Notes under the pieces: generated by a model | What the model saw: only the letters and a program-made list of their open reading frames with translations | Databases searched by the model: none | Told to the model about the DNA's origin: nothing | Position numbers and translations under genes: made by a program | Assembly (NCBI GenBank): GCA_038890745.1 | Contig: JAWAFD010000002.1 | Coordinates: forward strand, 96,001 to 160,000 | Direction: 5' to 3' | Length of the DNA: 64,000 bases | From: Candidatus Anstonellales archaeon | GTDB lineage: Archaea; Micrarchaeota; Micrarchaeia; Anstonellales; J096 | In this document: positions 1 to 8,805 of the stretch, in pieces | How positions within the stretch are numbered: the stretch's first letter is position 1 | How the letters are laid out: the number at the start of each line of letters is the position of its first letter

Positions 1-206
1 CTCCCTCCGCATGTTTTGCATTTTAACCCTGGGTCAACAACACCCATCCTTGGGTCCATAAGCCCTCCATCTATGGGATAGCCATCATCATCATAAGTAT
101 CCGGAACATCTATCTTCGCAACTGCCATCTTTCTTATTGTTTCTGGTGAGAATATTGAAAATTTTATTTTTTCTATAAAATATTCAGATGGGTTGTAGTG
201 AAGCAT
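1..206 (-). CDS. rpoA1: DNA-directed RNA polymerase subunit A' (Rpo1N), 5' part; continues beyond window start
   Basis: Manual translation from ATG at 206: [68 protein letters not shown], with the GLxDPRMG...CxTC zinc motif; directly follows rpoB'. Confidence 0.95.
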   Translation of the reverse strand, partial: MLHYNPSEYFIEKIKFSIFSPETIRKMAVAKIDVPDTYDDDGYPIDGGLMDPRMGVVDPGLKCKTCGG

Positions 207-207
207 G

Positions 208-2046
208 CTATTCACTCTCCCCCCTTTCTTTTATTACTATGTGCGGGAATATCCCCATTGACTGGATCTCATCTACCAAAAGCTTGAACGCATAGCTCAT
301 CTCAACCTCTCCTATGTTCTCACCTTTGCAAACACTACAATAGCTCCTTTTCTTTATATAATCTGTTATTGCAATCCCTCCACAATCCTTACATATTAGC
401 ATGGATGTTTTGTCGCTCTCCTCCAAAAGCCTTTCCCTTATCAACATACTTGCTCCATACCCTATCAGGCAATCCCTTTCCATCTCCCCGAACCTAAGTC
501 CTCCTTCTCTTGCCCTTCCTTCTGTTGGCTGCAAGGTTAGGAGTTGGACCGGTCCTCTGCTCCTTACATGCATTTTGTTTGAGACAAGATGATGTAATCT
601 CTGATAATAAACGATCCCAACAAATATTTTTACTTTTAGCGGTTTTCCAGTCTCTCCATCGTACATTATCTCTTCTCCATACTCATCAAACCCTGCTTCT
701 TTCAGAATTTTTGTATACTCCTCCTCTTTGGTTCCGCTGAATGCCGTACCATCCATAAGCTTTCCGGCAATGGCAGCTGCCTTCCCGCCGAGCATCTCTA
801 ATAAGTGGCCCGCAGTCATCCTGCTCGGTATCGCGTGCGGGTTTATTATCAAATCCGGTACAATTCCATCCTTTGTAAAAGGCATCTCTTCATGGTTGAG
901 GATAAGACCTATTACTCCTTTCTGTCCATGCCTCGATGCTAGTTTGTCACCTACCTCCGGAACTTTCGGAGACCTTAATCTTACTTTTATTACTTTGTTT
1001 CCTGTTACTCCCTCAGTAATCATTACCGCGTCAACCTTTCCCTTTTCACCGGCCTTTACGGCTAGCGAGTTCTCCCTCTTTTTTTCCTCTATAACACCGA
1101 ATATTGAAACCTCCTCCAAAAATCTTGGAGGGGATGTTTTTCCTACAAGAACATCACGCGGGCCTACAACACTCTCCGGAATAACCACCCCATCCTCATC
1201 AAGGTGCCTGTACGCTTCCTCTCCCCTATACCCCACAACATCCGGGGTTGGAATCTCGACCTTATCTTTCTGCCCCCCGGGATATGTTCTCTCTTCTGTT
1301 TCATACGTTCTGAACATCACAACCCTACCAAGCCCTCTGTCTATCGCGCCCTTTGAAATTATAATTCCATCCGCCATATTATATCCAGAGTAGGTTGCAA
1401 GAGCAACCACAAAATTCTGTCCAGCTGCCCTAGAGCCGAGGTTTAGCGCAGTGTGTAAATCCGTCCTAACAGCTGGTTCTTGCGGGTAGTACATTACATA
1501 TGCCCGGGTGTCAAAACGCTGATTATAGTTTGAGGCATAAAGCCCTAGACTCTGCTTTGTCATGGAACATGCCATCGTGATTCTCGGAGAAGAATTATAT
1601 TCCGGATATGGAAGAACAGAGGAAACAACGCTGAATATCGTTGAGGGATCTATTTCTAAGTGGGTGTGCTCTGGAGTTAATTCCTCCTCCCTTATTGCAA
1701 CATACGCATTCTCCTCCTCTTCAGCATCTAAATACTCTATTACACCCATTTTAATCAGATGACTCCAGGTAAGCTGCTTTTTCTTCAGCCTTTCAAGAAT
1801 CTCAGGGGTTAATTTTGATTTGCCTTTCTCAACAACAATGTATGGCCTTCTCACCCTTCCCCTATCTGTGTTTATAAAAAGCTCGTTCGTCTGCTCTCTG
1901 AAATAAACATTAACCTGGGAGCTGAGTTCGTTCATTCTTCTTTTTTCTCTTAATCTTTCTGCGAGCCCCTTCCCATCTTTATGGTACCCTACAAGCCTTC
2001 CATTCAGATATACAATTGTTCTTTCACCCTTCTTCATTCTCTTCAC
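208..2046 (-). CDS. rpoB1: DNA-directed RNA polymerase subunit B' (Rpo2C)
   Basis: [22 protein letters not shown] and [11 protein letters not shown] motifs; C-terminal Zn ribbon. Confidence 0.97.
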   Translation of the reverse strand: MKRMKKGERTIVYLNGRLVGYHKDGKGLAERLREKRRMNELSSQVNVYFREQTNELFINTDRGRVRRPYIVVEKGKSKLTPEILERLKKKQLTWSHLIKMGVIEYLDAEEEENAYVAIREEELTPEHTHLEIDPSTIFSVVSSVLPYPEYNSSPRITMACSMTKQSLGLYASNYNQRFDTRAYVMYYPQEPAVRTDLHTALNLGSRAAGQNFVVALATYSGYNMADGIIISKGAIDRGLGRVVMFRTYETEERTYPGGQKDKVEIPTPDVVGYRGEEAYRHLDEDGVVIPESVVGPRDVLVGKTSPPRFLEEVSIFGVIEEKKRENSLAVKAGEKGKVDAVMITEGVTGNKVIKVRLRSPKVPEVGDKLASRHGQKGVIGLILNHEEMPFTKDGIVPDLIINPHAIPSRMTAGHLLEMLGGKAAAIAGKLMDGTAFSGTKEEEYTKILKEAGFDEYGEEIMYDGETGKPLKVKIFVGIVYYQRLHHLVSNKMHVRSRGPVQLLTLQPTEGRAREGGLRFGEMERDCLIGYGASMLIRERLLEESDKTSMLICKDCGGIAITDYIKKRSYCSVCKGENIGEVEMSYAFKLLVDEIQSMGIFPHIVIKERGESE

Positions 2047-3504
2047 CTATTCTTTTTCAATTCCAAATGATTTTAGCAATTCTTCAACCGGTGCCTCATC
2101 AGTCCCGACTGAAACCTCTGCAAAAATCGCAAGGTTTTTTACAAGAGAACAGCTGGGTCCTTCTGGTGTTTCGCTTGGGCATATCTTTCCGTAATGGGTC
2201 CCGTGCAGGTCCCTTGCTTTAAAGTGCGGATGTCTCCTGCTAAGCGGAGAGATTACCCTTCTTCTGTGTGAAAGGCTTGCTATGTAGCTCGTTCTATCAA
2301 GAAGCTGGCTTACTCCCGTCTGCCCGGCTATCCAGTTTCCTGTTGCCATTGCATACCTTATCCTGTCGCTGAGAGCGTCCTGCCTTACGAGTGTGTGCAC
2401 CTGCAGTCTTCTTCCTCGTGCATCTGCCCTGCTTGCCTGATAAACAATATCTTTTGTAAGGAACTGGAACGCATACCTGAAAAGCTCTTCCATCAGGTCT
2501 CCGGCAAGTTTTACTCTTTTGTTTCCGTAATGGTCCTTGTCGTCCGGCGGAAGTTTTTTGTGATATACAAGCGTTGTTCTCTCAGCCATTCTTACCAAAT
2601 AAATTATTTTTCTTTCTCTATCCGCTTTATCTGTTCCAAGGTGCGGAAGAAGGTAGCTATCTATAAGGCTCCACATTCTGTTGAGCCTGTATTCTTCCGG
2701 TTGACCCGGTGAGAGCCTTCTGCTTAGATAATCTACTGGGTCTTCGTAATTCATTGCTTTTTCATATTCAATATTTAGCAGAACATCATTCTGTATAAGT
2801 ATATTTTTTGTGAAAGAGTTCTTTATCTCCTTCATTTCTGCTCCAAGCACCTGTAGAACAGTAAACAAGGATATTCCGGGCGCAGAAGCAGGAAAATCGA
2901 TTAACCATCTTCCATCCTTATTCCTTGAAACAACACACCTCGCCCTGAACCCATGCCTTGTTGAGAAAACTTTTGCAACAACCTCCTTTCCCTCTTCTAC
3001 TGTTGTTAGGATTTTGTTCGGTACCAAATCCTCAACGCTTACAAGCACCCTTTCGCTTCCGTTTATTATGAAATACCCGCCAGGATCCTCTGGATCCTCT
3101 CCTGCTTCTACAAGCTCCTCCTTTGACATTTTTGAGAGATGGCAGAGTTTTGATTTTACCATAACCGGCAGTTCGCCTATGAAAACATCAGAGTAAACAG
3201 GTCTCTCTATCCCGTTGAAAACCGGAGTCATTTCAAGAAAAATCGGGCTCGCGTACGTGATGTTTCTGAACCTGCATTCAGAAGGAAGGATTGTTCTATA
3301 TCCTCCTCTAACTTCATAAAACCTTGGGGGTTCTATCCTGATCTTCCCCAATTTTATCTCAAACCCCTCAACATTTGTGCTCAATTTTCCAACACGGTCT
3401 ATTACTTCCTGCATTCCGGTTTCTATGAATTTGTTGTACGAGTCAAGATGCTGTTTAACAAGGCTGTTTTCCTGGAAATAAGCCTCGATCATTCCTTTTA
3501 CCAT
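2047..3504 (-). CDS. rpoB2: DNA-directed RNA polymerase subunit B'' (Rpo2N)
   Basis: GGYFIINGSERV, DKDHYGNKRVKLAG and CPSETPEG motifs. Confidence 0.97.
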   Translation of the reverse strand: MVKGMIEAYFQENSLVKQHLDSYNKFIETGMQEVIDRVGKLSTNVEGFEIKLGKIRIEPPRFYEVRGGYRTILPSECRFRNITYASPIFLEMTPVFNGIERPVYSDVFIGELPVMVKSKLCHLSKMSKEELVEAGEDPEDPGGYFIINGSERVLVSVEDLVPNKILTTVEEGKEVVAKVFSTRHGFRARCVVSRNKDGRWLIDFPASAPGISLFTVLQVLGAEMKEIKNSFTKNILIQNDVLLNIEYEKAMNYEDPVDYLSRRLSPGQPEEYRLNRMWSLIDSYLLPHLGTDKADRERKIIYLVRMAERTTLVYHKKLPPDDKDHYGNKRVKLAGDLMEELFRYAFQFLTKDIVYQASRADARGRRLQVHTLVRQDALSDRIRYAMATGNWIAGQTGVSQLLDRTSYIASLSHRRRVISPLSRRHPHFKARDLHGTHYGKICPSETPEGPSCSLVKNLAIFAEVSVGTDEAPVEELLKSFGIEKE

Positions 3505-3756
3505 TCACTCACCCGGAACTACTATTCTATAATACATATACTTTCCGCTCGGTCCCTCCCTTTCTATCTCTATCACATCCCCAACGTTTGCCTTTAGCGC
3601 CTGCACGGCCGGGTCGGAAAGTAGGATTTTTGCAAGGTTTTTTTCTCCGTATTTTTCAATGACCTCTTTTTTCTTTTTCTCTCCGGCTATTTTCATTTTC
3701 GGGGTAAGGAAATAATTTAGAACATCAACTTCTATTTTTGTTTTTTTTGCCACCAT
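3505..3756 (-). CDS. rpoH: DNA-directed RNA polymerase subunit H (Rpo5)
   Basis: KILLSDPAVQALKANVGDVIEIER...YYRIVV; first gene of the canonical H-B''-B'-A' operon. Confidence 0.93.
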   Translation of the reverse strand: MVAKKTKIEVDVLNYFLTPKMKIAGEKKKKEVIEKYGEKNLAKILLSDPAVQALKANVGDVIEIEREGPSGKYMYYRIVVPGE

Positions 3757-3827
3757 CCCATCCTCCGGAGGAGCCGTCTAGTATAAGGGCTGCACAGATG
3801 CTCTTCATTTTTAAATACGAAATATTT

Positions 3828-6800
3828 TTAAATCTTTTTATTAGGAGAAGAGATGCGCCCGTATATGAGAAACGCAATGATGACAATGACGAGCAACATC
3901 AAAACCAAATAATACCAACAAATATCAGCAATTTTATAGCAGATATTAAACATACAACACTCTTCCTTTGGCGTTGGCTTTGTTGTAACTTCCTTCTCCA
4001 CTTTTTTTGGCTTTTCTATTCCCACAGAAGGTTTTGTGTGAGCATATCCGTATTCTTTTATGCTGGGGAGTAGTTCCAAATAAAATGTATACCTCCCTTC
4101 TTTGGTTGCTGGTACTACAAAACTGCCATCCTCACCAGAAAAAAACCTCCCAATAGAACTGTCTGGGCTGATAACTACTACAATCATTCCTTTCACAGGG
4201 ATACCATCACCGTAAATGATGCCATTAAATCTCTCACCCACCGTAATGTTGTTTGCTATTAAAACAATGGTGTAATTAGTTTGAACGCATTTGTGATTGA
4301 TACATCTTTCGATATCTTCACAATCAGCATCGTTTAGACATTCATAAGGCACACAAACATGGTCTTCTACATATCCGTGCTCGCATTCAATCTTTAAGCA
4401 TAAACCCCCCTCGCAATATTCATCGGAGCCGCAATCAGAGTCAGTTTCACACTCCGGTAAGACTGTGAAATTGAATTCTCTAAAAGCGCGGGCGTCATCG
4501 CTTACTGCCCATGCTTTTAAAACGAAATGCCCTATCTCCATTCCTTTTATGGTTATCGAGCCGTTTTTTGTGTCTCCTTGTGGGATCGTACCCAATGAAG
4601 CATTTCCGCATACAAAATTTTGATGTGGTTCTATGTACAGGTTTAGATTATATTCGCTGTAATCCCCAATGTTTTTTACAAATATCTGAACAACCTTGGG
4701 TTGATTTATTATTGCATACTGTGGTTCTATTGGTTGGATGTATAACTCATGCTCGCGTCTTCCTCCTTTTTTTGGCGGTTGCGGGCCGGCAATTTCTTGT
4801 AGTATCCCGTATATACTTTCTGGATTCGTATTGGTAAGGGAAAGACGATTGCCCGTTGTATCGGGAGTATTATTTAGCATTGTCCAGCCTGAAGAGTTGT
4901 ATTTCCAGAGCTCAAAATTTCTTTCATCATATCCGAATAGTTCAGAGTTCAACCAGTTAAACGAAAGTAGATCTATAGAAACATTTCCAGCGATAGTACT
5001 TATATTTATAAATTTGTTTGCGAAGCTTATTTTGTTTGGGGGTAGATTTGATGGGTTCGGTATCCATTTTATTGAATAACTTTCATCACCTGTTTCTCCC
5101 ATTAGGTCATGAATGTCAATGGACGTGTAGTTCTCAAAACTTCCATTAGGATCGTCTATCGTTATGTTAGAAGCGTTGAGAAGATACCATCCTTCTGGCA
5201 TGCTTGCGCTGCTAACAAAATCTCCAGCGTAGTTGTTGAAAAGATGCAGGTTGTAGGCGTATGTATTGTTTGAATTGTTTATACAAATACCGTACTTTGA
5301 ACTTGATGCGGTGCTGTTGATCAGAATATTCTTTGAGCTATTGAATATCTCTATTGCTGTGGAGAAGTTCATTACTATACAATTTGAGATGATTACATCT
5401 TTTTTTGAAGTGACATTTATGCCAACATCCGCATTGTTGGTCCTATCTCCTAAAAGCACTGAGTTGTTGCAGTCTAGATATATGTTCGATGCGTTTATTA
5501 TGAGTAAAGATTTGTTTGTAGTATAATTATCCATGCATAGTGTTGTATTTTTGTTCACAAAGTAAACTCCGCTTAGATTGACAATCCTGCTGTAGTATGT
5601 AAATGGGTCTGAAAGATTAACACAGGGAGAAGGTTGTGGCCCCATGGAATATCCAGAGAATGCACCAACCGTGGAAAACTGCGCCATATTATTCGCGCAT
5701 GTAAAATGTGTAGGGAATACAATCTCACCATTGTATACTATTTCCTCTTTTGTCGATGGAAAACCATCTTTTTTATATACCGAGTGGCTGCAGTTGGCTT
5801 CTATCGTAATGTTTCCATCTTTGTTGAATTGAGGGGCGTTATCTGAATCCAATGAAACAAAGTCTGGCGCGACTATAAAGTTTGATGCTTCGAGAATGCT
5901 GTCAGAAAGACTCAAAAAATCCCAATCAACACAGCCGATTGTTTCGTTATGGCATATCTTTAAATCTGTGAAATTGTTTGGGTTACCTCCGGTAGGTTCC
6001 TGATACACATATTTTAGAGCTTTTATACCGCTTTTGTTGATATAAATTGTATTTTTTATGAATACATTATCAAATGAGCCGGATCTGGAGTGGATTTGGT
6101 ATTCTTGATTTTCGTAGTAAGTGCTGTTAAAGATTCCAGACCTATTGATCTTGTCCAGTAAAATACCGTTTGTATTATTATGGATAGTGTTGTTGGCTGA
6201 ATGGACGGTGTTGGAATTACTCAAGTAAACTCCATATGTATATCCTGAAATATCACAATTAGAAATAGTGATATTTGAGTAGGTTTGGGTGAGAGAGCCA
6301 TTTATTATAATTCCTGCTGAGTCAGCTATCCCAGAATTTCTTATACTATACCCTTTACAATCAAAAACAACATCCGAAGCGGATATTAAAATACAAGCCT
6401 TTGATATGCCGGGAATATTAGGAACGTCTATTGGTGCGCCCGTGATATTCTTCTTTATATAATGCTCACCCGAATAATTTATTATCATACAAGAGGAATT
6501 ATACTCAAGTATTCCATAATCAGAGCTCGGGTTAAGATTGGTCAAAGAGAGAGTATTGGAGGATACATCAGGACTGCCATTCAATTGTGACCATGAGCCC
6601 CCATCGTACATCCACAGTTCAAAAGAGTTTTCATCATAATACCCACCGAGCAGCTCATCATCCGTCCAGTGCCAGGATACGCTGTCGATTGAAACAGTTC
6701 CTTTCTCGGGTTTTATTTTAACGTACTTATTTTGGAATGATATGAAGCGGGTTGGAAGGCTTGATGGAGTAGTAGTCCAATTTATAGAGTATTCTGTGTT

Positions 6801-8759
6801 TGGTTCTACCACATCCGCTATGCTCAAAGATGTATAATTCTCATAATTGCCAGACGGGTTGTCAAAAGTAACATTTGATAATTCTACCAAGAAAGATGAG
6901 TCATCCGCCGAAACATAAAACGACCTAGTATTATTATAGAAATGAACATTAGAAAGACTTGCACTTGAATTTTGGGTACAAACCCCGTTCTCAGCACTGT
7001 GTATGCTGCCACCAATTATGGTTGTGTTTTTTGTGTCGTTGATTGAAAACCCATGTGTTGCATTGTAAGCCGTGTTGTTTATGAAGGAATTGTTTGCTGA
7101 ACCATCTACTAAAATAAAAGCATTATCACTAGAATATACAATATTATCATAGAAATTGTTGTTCGAACTTAACCTAATATATATGCTGTGTCCATTATCA
7201 TGGACAATATTCCCCCTGAAAACGTTTTCGTGCGATTCATACAGAGCTATTCCATAGGCACTGGTGTTTGCTGAGTTATTAAATAGCATGTTGTTTCTAT
7301 TCGAAACAACATAAAAACAGTAAGAGGAGTTGTAGCATTTATTTTCTGATACGTTAATTCTGGATGAGAAAGATGTTATCAGAAAAGAATAAAGGGAATC
7401 AAATCCAGTGTTATTATAAAGTAGGGAATCATTGGAGGAATAAATCTGTATATTAAAATTGTGGTTGGTGTAGATTGCATTGCCGCTAACCTTTATTCTT
7501 GAGGAGTTATAGATGTTCAATCCTCGGCTGTTGTTGTATACCTCATTTTCAGATACATTACAATCAGATGCTACTATGGTTATGCCCTCCCGCGTGTTAT
7601 TGTAGATTGAGTTTTTTTCTACAATAGTATTGTTTGCTCGAACAGTTATCCCATATGAACTATCAAAAACACGATTATTAATCACAAAGTTACCCTCCAA
7701 AGCAGAATTGCTCAGATATATACTGTAATCATTCCAGTAAACTGTATTATCCTCAATCATGTTCATACTTGAGAAATCGTGAACTTGAATACCATACTTT
7801 CCTATGTAAATGTTATTTTGTGACAGAATATTTCTACTAGCGGAATACAAATAAACTATTCTATCCCCTTCACTTAGATTATTATAAGATATGTTGTTCG
7901 AGTTTCCGTTCAGGTATATCGCGTAGTATACGTCAGATATATCATTACCCATGACTGAGTTGTTGTTTGAATTTTGAAAGATGTATATCCCTCCTGTTGC
8001 ATTTTTTATTGTGTTATTTTTTATTGTATTATTTGTATTTCCTTCCGTGTACAGTATGATTCCACCGTAACTGCTGTTATAGAGTAGATTGTGCTCAATA
8101 ATGTTATGATGACTATTACGTAAGAAAAACCCATTTGTCAATTCTTTTATGTAATTATCCCTAAACAAATTATAAGTTGAATTAGCAACAGAAAAACCGT
8201 TCAAATGATTTGCATTGCCGATAGTTGAGATATTGTTACCAACAAAGCTGCTTGACCCGGTGGTAGAGATAAAAAAACTAGCATACGCGTTATTACTTAA
8301 CGTGTTATTCTCAAAAATGCAATTAGAAATGTTGGATGTAACTATTCCACTATAATTGTTTTCACTGATGTTGTTATTTATCACGTTTATTTCTAGCGAA
8401 TCTTGGATGACTATCCCATAGAAAAAATTATTTATTATGCAATTCTTTATTGTAAAGTTGAAGGTTTCGTTTGATGAAATGATAATACCAGACGTTTGGT
8501 TACCTAAATTTCCTGTTATTGAGTGGAACTGACAATCAAAGGTTTTGTTTCTGGCATTTAAGTTTTGAATACAAGTATCGCTGCTTGATATATCCGATCC
8601 GAGCCTCACTTCAAAATAACAATCGACATAATCGTTAAGCGCATTAGTGCAGTCACCACAATTTGAGCATTCGCAGACACCACCACCTATCGGGGTGTAT
8701 GCCCCAACAAAAGAAAAAAGCATCAAAAAAATAAAAAACTCAGATATGCGCATACACAC
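3828..8759 (-). CDS. Giant cell-surface protein: NosD/right-handed parallel beta-helix repeats, duplicated beta-sandwich module, Cys-rich repeats, C-terminal TM anchor
   Basis: Signal peptide; many N/I-rich 'NNTIxxNxxGIYL' repeats; two copies of a ~130-aa module (NYTS..I.D...ELWxY..W..LN..PD...N.LSLTN.NP.S.YGIL); C-terminal hydrophobic helix followed by a basic tail. Confidence 0.8.
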   Translation of the reverse strand: MCMRISEFFIFLMLFSFVGAYTPIGGGVCECSNCGDCTNALNDYVDCYFEVRLGSDISSSDTCIQNLNARNKTFDCQFHSITGNLGNQTSGIIISSNETFNFTIKNCIINNFFYGIVIQDSLEINVINNNISENNYSGIVTSNISNCIFENNTLSNNAYASFFISTTGSSSFVGNNISTIGNANHLNGFSVANSTYNLFRDNYIKELTNGFFLRNSHHNIIEHNLLYNSSYGGIILYTEGNTNNTIKNNTIKNATGGIYIFQNSNNNSVMGNDISDVYYAIYLNGNSNNISYNNLSEGDRIVYLYSASRNILSQNNIYIGKYGIQVHDFSSMNMIEDNTVYWNDYSIYLSNSALEGNFVINNRVFDSSYGITVRANNTIVEKNSIYNNTREGITIVASDCNVSENEVYNNSRGLNIYNSSRIKVSGNAIYTNHNFNIQIYSSNDSLLYNNTGFDSLYSFLITSFSSRINVSENKCYNSSYCFYVVSNRNNMLFNNSANTSAYGIALYESHENVFRGNIVHDNGHSIYIRLSSNNNFYDNIVYSSDNAFILVDGSANNSFINNTAYNATHGFSINDTKNTTIIGGSIHSAENGVCTQNSSASLSNVHFYNNTRSFYVSADDSSFLVELSNVTFDNPSGNYENYTSLSIADVVEPNTEYSINWTTTPSSLPTRFISFQNKYVKIKPEKGTVSIDSVSWHWTDDELLGGYYDENSFELWMYDGGSWSQLNGSPDVSSNTLSLTNLNPSSDYGILEYNSSCMIINYSGEHYIKKNITGAPIDVPNIPGISKACILISASDVVFDCKGYSIRNSGIADSAGIIINGSLTQTYSNITISNCDISGYTYGVYLSNSNTVHSANNTIHNNTNGILLDKINRSGIFNSTYYENQEYQIHSRSGSFDNVFIKNTIYINKSGIKALKYVYQEPTGGNPNNFTDLKICHNETIGCVDWDFLSLSDSILEASNFIVAPDFVSLDSDNAPQFNKDGNITIEANCSHSVYKKDGFPSTKEEIVYNGEIVFPTHFTCANNMAQFSTVGAFSGYSMGPQPSPCVNLSDPFTYYSRIVNLSGVYFVNKNTTLCMDNYTTNKSLLIINASNIYLDCNNSVLLGDRTNNADVGINVTSKKDVIISNCIVMNFSTAIEIFNSSKNILINSTASSSKYGICINNSNNTYAYNLHLFNNYAGDFVSSASMPEGWYLLNASNITIDDPNGSFENYTSIDIHDLMGETGDESYSIKWIPNPSNLPPNKISFANKFINISTIAGNVSIDLLSFNWLNSELFGYDERNFELWKYNSSGWTMLNNTPDTTGNRLSLTNTNPESIYGILQEIAGPQPPKKGGRREHELYIQPIEPQYAIINQPKVVQIFVKNIGDYSEYNLNLYIEPHQNFVCGNASLGTIPQGDTKNGSITIKGMEIGHFVLKAWAVSDDARAFREFNFTVLPECETDSDCGSDEYCEGGLCLKIECEHGYVEDHVCVPYECLNDADCEDIERCINHKCVQTNYTIVLIANNITVGERFNGIIYGDGIPVKGMIVVVISPDSSIGRFFSGEDGSFVVPATKEGRYTFYLELLPSIKEYGYAHTKPSVGIEKPKKVEKEVTTKPTPKEECCMFNICYKIADICWYYLVLMLLVIVIIAFLIYGRISSPNKKI

Positions 8760-8805
8760 AACTCATATAAAAAAAATAAAAATATATCGGTTAGCGAGTA
8801 GTATT

